A stretch of DNA of 59,913 nucleotides, counting the filler, from Sphacelaria rigidula (lineage: Eukaryota): assembly GCA_964200075.2 (NCBI GenBank). It is 7 parts of 7 records of this genome, joined end to end, with 100 filler letters (N's around TTAATTAATTAA, not from the genome) between each part and the next. Parts side by side here need not be neighbours in the genome. Positions count along the whole stretch, not along the records: positions 8,576 to 17,049 come from CAXNAA020011023.1; positions 17,150 to 25,623 come from CAXNAA020011024.1; 5 more parts are not named here. The stretch is one strand, 5' to 3'. Both the position numbers and the translations under genes were made by a program. Below, piece by piece: positions 11,850 to 24,406 of the stretch. A model generated the notes under the pieces. That model worked only from the letters and a program-made list of their open reading frames with translations. It did no database searches and was not told the DNA's origin. Numbering within the stretch: the first letter of the stretch is position 1; each line of letters begins with the position of its first letter.

Positions 11850-14200
11850 CATGTCACGGGACCGGTTTACCATACCAGTATAGTAATTTGTTGTTATGAA
11901 TGCTGGCTACTTCACCGATTAATGTGGGATCAATACACCACGTCTCGAACTGGTGAGTCAAGTCCAATATTTTCCCGTCTATTGTTTTCTCTACACCGCA
12001 TTGTCTGTTCATTTGGGGGGGGGTGTTTGCGACAAGCTCGTTTTCCCTGTGAGGTCGGCAACTCCCGTGCACTTTCTTTCGAGCGCGTGCAGCGGCTTGC
12101 TCGTTGGCGACTCTTGATTGCAGCAGCGGTGGTACTACGTCAAGCGATTCGATGCCCTGAACTGCTGAAGCCCTTGATTTGCGTCGAGGTTCGCTGCTGG
12201 TACTGTTGCGAAAGGTGTTTCGGTTCGATGAGTAGTATGACTCGCCTGTTTGTCGCGCTCAGAAAGCTGCATCCCAACGTCCTTGGTCAGGACATCGTGC
12301 AGCTCCCAGTCACGAACGGTAGTTTCCTTTTTGGTGGAAACAGCAGGAGGAGCAGCAACAACAACTAGTTGCGTGACTTGTTCGATCGACTACTGCTTGC
12401 AGACAGCTAGTTGCACAAGGATCTCATCTGTTCGTTGTCTTCAGGTCAGCAGTTGTTGCTTGACAGGTTCATCCGGTGGTCTTCACCTGAAGACGAATTG
12501 CTCAATATTTTAATCCAGTATGCTGTCGACAGACGACTAGTTTGCGCGCCGGCATTTCCCGAGAGCTATTCGCAGGCAACTAACAGTGAAATAGCTGTAG
12601 CGATATATACAGGGTGTGATCATTTCCCACCTCTGGACGTGTCAACAGAGCGTCTATTGTAGAGGACCTTCAGAACGTGAGAATGATCATAAGGGTGACC
12701 ATTCTCGACCAAAACGGGCACAGTGTGTGTGACTCGTGTAAGTAAGACTACCCTGATGCCATATCATTTCCGAATATGTCATGCTCCACGCTTGTCGCCC
12801 GCTCCAACGTAGTAGTATTACGGAGAATGTTGTCACACCCTCATATTCAGGATCTGACTGGTCCATACTTGAAGCGATTTTCGAAGCGATCACGTTGAGC
12901 TTGCCTATTCAAGTTTTTTTGTATACGCCATACGCACCCCATCTTCCACGACAGGTACCGGCAGTAGACACTCTTTCAAAAGGCGACAATCCAACCCTCT
13001 CGCCATCACTGCGGCACGGACGCGCTCTAGAATACCGTCGCTGGCCACAGCCGAGCCGGAAGAATCTGCCGGACATACCATGGGCGATCCGCAAAAATAA
13101 ATGGTAAGGCTTGGGTTGACGGCATGCGACTATGTGGGTGCGCAAGAAAAGAGGGGGTCGCTACGGGCATAGCAACTGGTTTTCGCAATCGTTTCGAGGA
13201 TGTATACATATACACATCCACTTCAAAATCGCCACACGGCGGCCGTACTGGTTACCATGGATCCTCGAATCGACGGGTGAACCACGAACGACTGGTCGTA
13301 ATGGCAAGAACCACGCGGCATGTCATCTATCAAGATCTCTCGGGAGATATCTGAAATGTTGTTCCGAAATATTGTTGTGTCGCGCGACCGATGAAAAGGG
13401 CGGTGCGCCTGACCTGATACTTCACACTTAGCGCCATTTTAGCGTGTATAACCCAACGAACTATCCTAAGGGCTACATTAGAGTCATGTCGCTTGGAAAA
13501 AGGAAAATGCCCGTGTTTACAACGGCCGTACCGCATCGACCACCAAGCACCATGAGAGGTCGCAGAGGCAACACTCAACATCGAAAAGTACCCCGAAGAC
13601 GAATTGCCGCGGGTGAAACAAGCGTGACTCTGCTCTCCAACGTGGTGGTTCAGCGCGACATGTTCCTACCGCAGATTTCTTTCGAATTCGGTCCTCATTG
13701 CATCACCCATCGCACTTTCTCACCCCTGCGATCCGCGTGCGGAGAGTCTCGGCTTCTGATTCTGCTGCGATTCACAACCTGTTGTTGTTGTTGTTGTTGT
13801 TGTTGTTGTACCTGCTGTGTCTGTTCAAAAGGTTGGATAGATGAAACATCAACCCTTCGGTGAGCTTCCGGTGCAAAACCAAGCAGAATACGAAGTACGT
13901 GCATCCATTGGTTGTGGGTCGTACGTCTGAGTGCATTGCCAGAGGAAAATATCCACCGCGATCGATTTCACTGTCGACGAGTCAGTCGGTTGGGGTGCTG
14001 CTTCCACCCACCGCCTTACGCTATGCGCTAGTGAGCACGATATATCACATTCCAAGTCTTTGGATTGGCACCTCTTTCGGTACACGACAATGGTAAGATG
14101 AAGTCTATTCATGACAGACGAGCGTGATGTGAAATCAATGAACGACTCGTGCGTGCGGTGTCCCACTGTCAGTTTCTCCCGGACGTTGCGACGCTGCACC
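11850..14200 (+). mobile_element. Decayed Ty1/Copia-like pol remnant
   Basis: Broken plus-strand fragments in Copia order: GLP..LL/TPH.LF (integrase end), QVFLY (D..TAFL-like), APDLI...YNPT (TRPDI...NP), SKSLDWHLFR (KHID.R.HF-like). Many stops and frameshifts. Confidence 0.45.
13779..13809. repeat. (TGT)n microsatellite
   Basis: Directly visible, about 10 units. Confidence 0.95.
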
Positions 14201-15357
14201 CCGTCTCGCATATCTAGACTCCGTAAACTCAACCTTCGAACGACCGAGTGTTCGGCTCAGCATGTCTCGTTGCACTGGAACATCCACGCCATCCGTTCCG
14301 TAAGCCATTTGGAGTGGTTGTTGAAGCCTCGCCGCGGCCTGGCTGAGGTCCTCCTCCACAACCTAGACACGTGGTGGCGTAACACGGTGAAGGTTATGGG
14401 GCATCTCATGCATGATGCCATGAATCGGAAAATGAAACGCTTGCCATGTCCACGGTGTTCCCCTTTCCTCCTGATGCTATGTACAGGTTGTCTATCGAAG
14501 TCAGTTTCGACACAGTGGTGGCTCATCCCGTGCTGGATTGCGTGTCGTGCCGCCGAACAAGATTCTTCGCAGGAGATACATCGAACTTCCCGCTGCAGCT
14601 TCATCTTAGATGATAATTGGATACTTAGAGTGTCGCCAACGGTACCCGCCGACTGGAACCTGAGATACCCCCGCGCCCTACCCCCATCCACCATGGAGAA
14701 AACCTTCAGCTCTTTGGCATCAATCGGAAAATTGACTCGCATGAACATGAAACAGCTGTTGACTTCCCATCGGATTCTACTGGTGTTCGAAGCCAAGCCG
14801 AGTTCAAGTAGTTCCTAGAACAGAATGATCTGAAACAGAGCTCGTACAACCAATATGGCATGAAGTAGATACCGATACCGAACTGATTATTTACACAATG
14901 CCGTAACCGATAGCAGAAGCGAGGACTTCTTGAAAACCACATTGAATCCTGCGAAGTAGTGATACTTTAACGTGCAAAACCACCTTGTTCTGCATTAAAG
15001 TATCGATAAAATATCAACCCCAGGGATCAAACATATCTGTTCCCTCCCCCTGCCCGCCCGCCATAGTCATGATCATGAGTAAACCCCTTGCTCGCCCGCT
15101 CAATCCTCTCTTCCCGTCAAAATCACCACATGTAAACGTCAGGAGGGCTGAAACATTTCGATTAATACCTATGCACACCTCTGCGCCAGCGTGGAGTTCT
15201 GACAGCGTAAGAATACGTCAAGCTAGATAGATGGCGCTACTGCAGCGCCGGCGTGCACCTCCTGAATTCTCGTGCACACACGCACGAGTGTTCGAAAAAC
15301 ACGGTATATCACTCGATCGGACTGCTAACCGTATCTTGCATCTGGCGACCTACTAAC

Positions 15358-15569
15358 CGTATGCTGATGCTGAACCCACTCAGCGGCCTGCTGTGTCTCC
15401 GCCTGATGCAGCCGATGTCGTAACTTCCGCTCCGCAGCAACCTGGGGGCTGGTCGCTGGTCTCAGCGCCGATGCTCCACTCCTTGTAGCTGGAACCTTGG
15501 CGATCGTCGGCGCACCCCTTCGGAATGCCCGCGCTGGTGTCTTCAAAGACATCTCCGAGGCGTTTGTTG
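15358..15569 (-). CDS. Isolated candidate coding exon (possibly upstream exon of the CEP290-like gene)
   Basis: ttgcag| acceptor and |gttagt donor. Open frame ...SPQVAAERKLRHRLHQAETQQAAEWVQHQHT, ending in phase 0, compatible with exon 11058-11581. Confidence 0.35.
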
Positions 15570-15777
15570 CTGCAAGAATACGCACAGGATAATATAAACA
15601 TGTCTTGTGTGCAGTATCCGCTCGTGGTAATAACGCTGTGTTCACGATCTGCTCTTGGTAATCTACTTTGCCGAAGGGGTTGTGCGCACTGCAGAACGGT
15701 AGCTTACGACAATGCTGTCGTTTGAAATGCGGCAATCTAAGCACTTGACACCTACGGACCCGGCCTGAAATCTTCAT

Positions 15778-15900
15778 ATGATTGATTGATTGATTGATTG
15801 ATTGTCGCACTTTAACTGACCCTCCAGGGGTCCAGCCGTGGTCTCATGGTTGACGTACGTACCCAAGAAAAACGGAAATGAAATACGCTCTGAGATGAAA
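15778..15900 (-). mobile_element. LINE/SINE-type 3' end with (AATC)n tail
   Basis: (ATTG)n followed by GTCGCAC...CCAGCCGTGGTC. Homologous ends at 34012-34110, 30500-30590 and 42590-42760, with weaker copies near 29290-29390 and 33360-33460. Confidence 0.7.
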
Positions 15901-16857
15901 GGAAGGAACAGAAAAAAAATAAAGAAAGAGGGGTCGAACATAACGACATAGCAGACTAAGTCGTGACAAAAAAAAAAATTGCGATTAAAAAATATAAAGT
16001 CGGACCCCGGGCTTGATGTCTCAAAGTTGTGCATACTTCCAGCTGTGTTTTCTTACTTGTGTATTACTTATCTGGCGGAGGCTTGTTCAGAAAACGGGTT
16101 TCTCTTTCCATGTTGTCTTACCGACGAACATTGGTGACAGGGTTCCTTCTGCGTCGCCGGGTTTTCAATTGAGGTACGTATGCCTTGAGGTATGATGCGT
16201 GGTACGTGTCATCATGAAAGGAACACCCCCGAAAAACTACTTGCCAACGCTGACCAGTAGGCACGTCCACAGCGGACGTCATCCGATTGTCGTGACTCCA
16301 AGGTGTTCAGCGTGTGCGCGCGCATTTGCGTGGATGTTATCGCCGTGATTGACGCTGTTCCTGCACTCCAAACAGTGCTCTGCATGTGTGATGAAACGTG
16401 ATGATTTAGTCCGCATCGACCGGTGTTTACCGAAACAACAGTGACTATGTTTTCGTGAGATCGGCCGTATGTAGAGCGTTGATTGAGAGCGAGTTTTATC
16501 ATTCGCTTTAACTTGACCACTTTTTCTCATTTGTGTGCTTTTCTTTGCCTGTCACGCTGGCGTGTGCTTACAGCTACATGTCGATATCCTTCTCAGGGAT
16601 ATCAAGGGCCTCAGTAGCAGACTGCTGCAGAGAGCGTATCGGGCCTCGTGGAGGGGCCTTCCGGAACTGAAGACATTCATTCAGGAATTGACTCTTTCTC
16701 ACTATCAATCGTATCCTCTGCTACTCTCAATCTCACGAAAACATTGTATAGTGTGCTATCCCACGGGGTATTATGAGTGGGGAAAATTCTTCATCTGTGC
16801 ACGTGTCAGTATTACTGTAGCTGACACTCTCGATGATAGCCCCCCCCCCCAAACAGC

Positions 16858-17049
16858 TGGTGACGCACCCATGAGGCAGTGTATAGGCCGTCGCTGTCTC
16901 TGGAAGTGGCGATGCCAAAAAATAAAGCAACTCATTGTAGGCTGTCATTCAAATGCAAGATAATCAATAGGCTTCGGGCCGAACAATATTTGCCGGATGC
17001 AGCTCACCCTTCATGCGACTCGCCTCACACACCACGGCGCTTCGCGCTT
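16858..17049 (+). repeat. ~560-bp C-run-associated element, partial copy
   Basis: CACCCATGAGGCAGTGTATA...GGAAGTGGCGAT core. Preceded by a C-run at 16840-16850. Confidence 0.9.
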
Positions 17050-17149
17050 NNNNNNNNNNNNNNNNNNNNNNNNNNNNNNNNNNNNNNNNNNNNTTAATTA
17101 ATTAANNNNNNNNNNNNNNNNNNNNNNNNNNNNNNNNNNNNNNNNNNNN
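17050..17149. other. Artificial contig linker
   Basis: 44 N + TTAATTAATTAA + 44 N. Confidence 0.99.
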
Positions 17150-18478
17150 TGCTTGAGATACCACATCCTCAGGAGCGAATTTCAAAGCTCGGTCACCTTC
17201 TCTCCACAACATGGTTGCAACGCCGCCCAGTTCAGCCCTGGCATCGCTTCTGATGAGCGTAGAGAAGCTGTCTAGGGGATGTGGTATCTTGAGCGACCTA
17301 CAATAGTGAGTGAGAGTGTCAGTGCCAGTGTACCGCTCGATCTTGTACACTGCGGCCATACCAAAACAGCCATATCGACAAACATATCGATATCGGCGGT
17401 TGTGGTTCGATATTCTAAGAAAATCTAATCGAACTTGATTCTCGGTCCGATATGCAACACTGGCCTATACTGTACACGAGTGACCGTGTACCGTTTCACG
17501 AATGTCAGTCATTTTTCGATCGAAAGCTTGAAAATCCATCTGGACCCAACTACATCAAAACGAGAAAATTTCGCTCAGATTGATTCCACGGCCCCATTTT
17601 TTCGATCGAAAAAAAAGTGCGCAAGACAAGCCCCAAGACACGGCCTCAGGGAGTGTCTGATCAAATTGTTCTCGTGTTGAAAACGTGCGGTCGAATCGAT
17701 TTGTTTCGTTCCTGATTCGTCCACAATTTATTTCCTCAGATGGTTGATGACATGAATGCCGTGGACGTAATAGGCACGAGCAAATTCAACTCCACCCTGC
17801 GTTTTCAAGTCGAAAACAATTTGATAAGGGACGGCCTGAGACACGCCCAGGCAGACATGCTAATCGGTCCCCAAATCGTGTCCGAGCTGTTCGACGACAC
17901 CATATTCACCATACTCGTAGACAGCTCTCATCAATTTTCCCTTTTTCGCTGGGATGCTCCACCTGAATTCACTTGATTTTTATACTCCCCCTTTTCGACG
18001 GATAACTCGTGCGTTCAGGCGACGTCTTCCCTTTCCAGACACCGCTTACACGGAGCCGACAGCATTGGCCTTTTATATCACATCAATGTGTTTGCACAGC
18101 GTACCATCAAACCTAGAAACAAAAAAAACGCTTCATTACGCCCCGGTGGCTCAGTTGGTAACCTCGAAGCCTCCTGACAGTTGGGTCGTGAGTTCAAATC
18201 TCGGAGCGATCTGGGATTTCCTTCACACCAGGCCCAACAGTGGAGAGCGACTATGTCGCGGGTACACAAAATTTTTGACTCAACGGTCGACGAGGAAAAG
18301 GGACAGCTGAACCCCCCTCTCGAAAAAAATGTATGCAAGCACCGCAGAAGGGAGGTGGAGTACTTAAAACAAACAAAAAGAAAAAAACTCCTGTAAACTC
18401 CCTCCTGTGTGACCCCGGCTGGTGCGCCCACATATACTGAAAGGTAAAAGGTAGCCCAGCGTCCAGGATGGGACGACA

Positions 18479-18561
<83 letters not shown>

Positions 18562-18773
18562 TGACCGCGGCACTTTTCCCTGAAATGGCCATTGCAACGC
18601 TGAGCATTCGGGTTCGAAACAAACGGTGCAAAAATCAGCGCTCGGATCGAACACATGGCCGAAGAGAAACGGGCTGGCAAAGTCGGCCCCTCGGGTAACC
18701 CACAAATAGAGCTGGCTGACGCGGAGCGTGATGCGGAGTAACTTCCTTCGCTTCGGTGCCTGCGTGCCTGTCC
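17150..18773 (-). CDS. Two candidate coding exons of unknown product downstream of ADI1 exon 1
   Basis: Exons 18566-18773 (cacag| ... |gtcagc) and 17150-17297 (tgtag|, open to contig edge) are open and phase-compatible with each other and with 19311-19419. No ARD similarity. Confidence 0.35.
18140..18505 (+). mobile_element. tRNA-derived SINE, full length, (CA)n tail
   Basis: A box TGGCTCAGTTGG, B box GTTCAAATC, conserved body (GAGCGACTATGTCGYGGGTACACAAAATT...GACCCCGGCTGGTGCGCCCACATATAC), tail GACGACAAC(AC)n followed by (CT)n to 18558. Confidence 0.9.
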
Positions 18774-19310
18774 CTGTGTACATGTGTGCATGTGTACGTA
18801 TTTGTCATCCGATCCTTGTTATCTGATTGGCTTGCTCGATTTTTCCATCAGAAAGATCCGCGACACGTAATGAAAACTTTCCCATATTTTTTCAGCGTAG
18901 CAACCAGCTGCACCTGTGTTGTGGAACAAATCTTGCCTCATATACTGCTGACACCGCTCCATTCGATTCGCCACAGACAACTACAGTAGCTTCCGGAAGC
19001 AAGACGTCCTGCAAGATTGCGCTGTGCATAATTTTCGAATGACAGCCCAGCCTCTATGACACAGCGGGCACAACTACTGTAGAACAAGATATGATGATTA
19101 TCTGGGTCACCCATCAAAGAGTAGGATTGCTCTGGTCCGAGGTTGGGGGTACATGTACAGACAGGCAGTACTGCGTTACAGACAGCACAACATACCAGAG
19201 ATTGTAGAGAAATAACAATAAAGTGCAGTCAAAATGAGCAGTGTCTGTTGTATCATGGAACACCCAGTAATGAGCAACCTGCCCGGGGGTTAGCGTTGCT
19301 GCACGCTCAC

Positions 19311-19419
19311 CTAGCTCTGAAAGTGCGGTGGTGCTACACTCGACGTTGGGATTGAGCTTGTGTGGCAGTCGCTGGTCACTCGTCGTGTCCTCATCCATGA
19401 ACCAAGCCTGAATAGTCAT
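19311..19419 (-). CDS. ADI1: Acireductone dioxygenase (ARD, methionine salvage), first exon
   Basis: MTIQAWFMDEDTTSDQRLPHKLNPNVECSTTALSEL(G) matches the ARD/ADI1 N-terminus pattern AW(Y/F)MD....D.R.PH..P......L..LG. Ends G|gtgagc. Confidence 0.85.
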
Positions 19420-19977
19420 CTTGATTGTGTTAGGGTCTACCCACAGAGAGTCAGCAGAGTTGGTTCAACTGCAGCTATACTGTCGTCTGTCTGCACCAGC
19501 GTGCAGGAACAGCAGTGTTGGCAACGTACAAAACCATTGTCATTTTCTACTTCGTTCCAAGCGACGCGGTCATGTTATTTTCCGGTGATATGTTAGCATT
19601 TGCTGACTCCTGCCTCGTGGGAGCACCATCGGCAGTCCAACCTGCTGGGTTCGCTACCTACCGAAGGAGCACAAGCTTCGTGGGTTGCGTATTGGTTCTC
19701 ATACACGAGAATCGACCCTCTCATTAACGTCGCACCTTCAGAACTGGCGTTCAACAGCAAGGGGTGTTTACAAATTTGAAAATCTCCGCGCTTTTGAACT
19801 GCGACTGAGACAGTCCTGCGACGAACAGCGACTATACTTGCCGGATAGCCAAGATATTTAGTATCCTACATGCTGCATTAGAGGACGATAGCACAGCAAA
19901 CTTGATGGCAATTGCGAAAGGGAAGATAAGAACGGTACGCAAAGAGACTGCAGTGCAGTAATCGAGAAACGACATTC

Positions 19978-22900
19978 ATGCCGGGAGGTGAGGCTCATGC
20001 GCGGCTGGACCAAACAACTGTCGCAGAGATAGCCAGCGCGAGGGCCCACATTGAGTTCGTGGCATCGGCGATACTAGCAGGCGGTGCTGATATGAATAGT
20101 AGCGGCGACGGCGGTAGCTGCACCAGGCAACGAAACAGCGCTTTTGGGGGCATGGAATGCGATCATCCATCGTGTGATCTAGGTGCAACCGTGGAGTCGG
20201 GAGCAAGGATGCACCCTCACCCCGAAGCGAGTGAGGTCACGGCAAGGTTTCGGGGGGTGCATGTCGCACGGGACACGACAACATCCAAAAGCGGAATACG
20301 TGCAAGCGGAAACGATGTCGGTGCTAAGGAACACGGCTCTAATAGTTCGGTATCACGCCAGGATGCACCTCTAGGTGTCAACGGGAGACGGTTTCACCGC
20401 AGAGAAGGACCTGGATTCCTACCCATCGACTACAGCCCTTGCGCTACTAGGCGTGACACCCGCACCCACACGACACAACCGAAGCATCACCAGCAACGGC
20501 CGTGCGGAAGCGGGAAGATTAGCTGCGGCGGCGCCTCCAATTTTCACCATCTGTCAACGAACCACATCGGGAGTGGCTGCGGCAGTAGGGGCCTCGCATG
20601 CTCGACAACAACATGTACGCAGACATCAGTGGCTGCCATCAGTATAGCTGATGTTCTCAAACTGGAGCACGGTTCTCGAAGCGACGCAGACGGCAAGACC
20701 GTGTCGGCGTGCGGGAGTGCTGTCGAAGGGGCGTATTCATCTGCTGTCGCAGGGGGGGAGCGTGAGGGCTTGGACGAAACCGGCGGAGGGGAGGTGCAGA
20801 AGGTGTTGGCTGGAGTGCTGGCGTTCGAGTCTTTGCGAGAAGGGACGTTGGCACTCTCGTCTTTGTTCCTCAGGGATGAAACAGGTGAACACACAGCTGC
20901 CTCCAGAAGAGGGAGGGGGGAGCACGGAACCATATCTAGCTACGTAGCGCACGTGGAAACCTCATACCGTCAATGTCGCGTTCGACGTCGATAGGCGAAC
21001 ACTTCTTGCTGAGAGAGGACCCGTGTCTATAGCTATCGTTACGCTTGCATCAATATTGCAAGGATAGCTGTACCACTGTTCGGTGGTGGTCGATTACATG
21101 TTCCAGAGTCGTACGCGAAACTTGTGACGATTTCCCGATCGGATGTTGCAGCGAATGAAGTCGCTAAGTTGCATCAAGGCGCTACTTGTGCGTGCGATCC
21201 GACCCTACTCTGCTTGCTTGCCTACAGGGAGTATTCGCCTCATATGCGTGCCGCAGCCCCCCGCATCATGGGTGGGAATGGTGGTATGCTTGTCCCAGTG
21301 GACATGGACTGTGGAGAAGAAGCCACACAAGGGTATGCGATTTTCACTCGAAGCGTTGATACAGAGTTGTAGAGGGATTTGTTCGCGTATCTGTTTATTT
21401 TTTGCCGTCGACCTTCGATGGAAAACAAGCGTGTCGCAATTCCCACTCGGTGAGCGAAAAGTGATTCGACGCTGGAATCGCAGTAGCGTCAACTCGTGGT
21501 CATACCGACTTAATTAATATCTCTCAGCACAACTAGCGTCCGAGTACGAGGTCCTGAGGATGTCAAACGCAATGTCGCTGCCGCGGACACTATAGAAAAA
21601 AAGCAGGCTTCGCAATCGCGTTTGTAAGGGCTAACAGGCCTTGCTTCGCACTGCGTTCCGTATTTCGGTGTCCCGACATCGCGTCGTCCCGTTTTACGAA
21701 CATGAATACACAACACATACATATATATATATATATATATCCCTCATCGCACTTCATCGTGCAACACGGTTCGCTGTGAAAAAAGCGTTAGGGCTTGTCC
21801 AGTTCCCCGGATCACTCAGCATTTGGGATCCGCAGCAGCAAAGACGTCGAGGTTTACGCCTGCCAGTATCTCGACACAAACTGGCCGTATCTCTCCCCCC
21901 CTCCCCCCGGTGCATTCCACACGTGCATCGTACGTCGGCTAGGTGCTCGATTTAGCAAAACGCCTCCTCACAATTGCCTACCAACGCCGTTTTCGGCTTG
22001 CTTGGAAGTCAACGAGATGACGCTGTGGCAAAATGCTCCAACGCTTATCAGCGCACGGTCCGAGCAATTTGCACCACTTGCTGTCCCGCCACAGCCTAAC
22101 CCTCTGAACACAAGGCGCACGTCAACAAATGGTGATATCTGTGTTATGGAAGCTGCTCCGAAAATAGCAACTGCAATAACCCACCATACCGTAGCGACTT
22201 GCGAGGGTCGCGACCATCGCCGCTCTTCCGGTGTCGAGGTTGAAGGGGGCGTGATTGCGCAGCCTGGTAAGCGGGGCGAGGAGAACGTTCGGAATGGAAT
22301 TAATCTATCGGAGGCTTATGCCGGAGGTGCCGTGGGATTGGAAGCATTCGTCGGTCGCAAAGGAAGGTGGGTTTTGTAGGTGACCCTGCACTTGTCTACT
22401 ATAGACCATTAAGACGCTTAGTTTTTTTGTTATTGTTGCGTATCGCATCCGATTATTGCATTTCGGCGAATCCTGTTGGCCGTACAGTAGCACAGAAGGC
22501 GGAGGCGAGGAGATATCCCGGGACAGGATGCCCCGTCGGAGGCGTGCGACGGAGGTGGTGTGGGTTTAGCAGTATTCAGTGGTCGTGAAATACGAACGCT
22601 TGCCCCGATGGCTTTTCGACACTTGATCGTGCAGATTATTCAAAAGCGTGTTGACCCCACTGGTCAGCTGTCATGCTGCTGCTGTGACGACCCAGTTGGA
22701 TTTTCTACCTACTCGTATCCCATTGTCCGTATGGTCACATCCTATTCGATGGTCATACATTTTAACTACACGAGCGCAATCCAACAGCTAGATGAAGCAT
22801 ATACAACATCGATGGTTAGCGCCTCAAATTCACCTTCTCTTGTTCGACATCACATGGGATTTGTCGTGTCCCACTCACGAAGCAGACCAATACATTTGGT

Positions 22901-23759
22901 CGGCAGCGTGTGCACCAGTACAGCGGAACTCGTACCAGTACAACGCCTGCACCATCATTGCCAAGCCTCCTCATGAAAAAATATAGTAACTCAACTGTCT
23001 CTCTGTGTTTCTCTTTTGCGCCAGAGGCCCGGTTGACGTGGTGGCAAGAGTGGCCGCCATGAGCCCCGTCATCCGTTTCAAAGACGCCTCTCCATTTTTC
23101 ATGCTCGAGGTGGAGCAAGTAGAAGAACAAGATGAGCACACCGCCAACAGCTTTAGCCGTACGAGTGGGGACAGTTCTCAAGAGCGTTCGACAAGTAGCG
23201 TTGGGCGTTTCGGAGATGCCACTGGTCCCCGTTCTAGCGATAACGATGGCGGACGACGACCAACAACTGGAGCTGCTAGCGATAGCACCAGCGGCGGCAG
23301 CAGTATCGACACAGCAGCGCTGGGCAGAGGCGATAGTCGCAAGCAAGAAGTGCCTGGTGATGAAGGACGCGGCGGCAGTACACTGGAACAATATCAGCAT
23401 GAGCAGCAGCCGGCGCAATTGATGGCTATGTTGGTGCTGAACGGGAGGCGCTGCTTGCCTTGGCATGCGTGCATCGTTCCGGGAAGGACATACGTGTTTC
23501 CGGGGATGGGCGCCATCGTGCTCGGGGGCAGAAGTGCTGGCCAAACCATGTACCGGGCGTTTGGAGATGCGTTGGGGGGACGGAGAGGAGAGTCAACGCT
23601 GAAACATTCGGTGAGGCCAAGGTCGAACGAGAAATTTGTCATGTACCGAGGGTAACGAGAACACTGCAGTAGGTTTTGTACGCGCGTTTCCCGGCAGTCG
23701 GAGCCTTCGGGTTCAAGAGCCAACCGTCGGCTAGGACCGGAGCAGAGACCGATATATAC

Positions 23760-23790
<31 letters not shown>

Positions 23791-24374
23791 AACAAAGTAC
23801 CGTAGGATGCCAGCATGGCCCTCGTGGAGTAGTGAGGCCGCAGGGAGCAACTACTCTTTCATTGGTGCACACACTCGTCGATTTCACCTCCGTGTGTACT
23901 TCTCCGACCCACTATTAGCACCATGCCCTTGCCTATCCCCACGCCTACTGTGACCACCGCACAGCATCTTGTACAAGTCGACACCGACGGAGCAAGCCAG
24001 CAGCACGTTGAAACCCCGAAGTCGACAGTCCTTCACTGTCCAACGGGCCTCCAGAGTTCAGCCGGGAACTCGTCAGGGAGGCCGGAAGGCGGTGAGTCAC
24101 CGGCGAGCCCTGGGGGCGGAGAGGAGAGAACCGTACACGGAAAGACGGGGTCAGGGCTGGGACTGGGTTGCCACGGTGGTGATGGGAGGGGTAGTGGCGA
24201 GAGGTGTGAGTGCGTGATGACGTACGAGGGCGAGATCACCGGGCTTGCTGCACAGGTACTCTCAAGAGGTTTGTAATGGAGTCTTGGTACGAAACTTGGG
24301 ATCCCCCTCTAAGTGAGCCACCTGGTGTACTCGAGTTCATGCAGTTGTTGTGCTCTCCGTCATGGTTATTGTTG

Positions 24375-24406
<32 letters not shown>

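Noticed and set aside
14200-15000. ORFs 14111-14818 (+) and 14257-14796 (-)
   Set aside because: No recognisable motifs; probably decayed TE sequence.
16078-16720. Plus-strand candidate exons
   Set aside because: No convincing donor/phase chain or homology.
18078-18791. Long ORFs with ERER/VCVC runs
   Set aside because: They are read-through of (CT)n/(CA)n microsatellites and a SINE.
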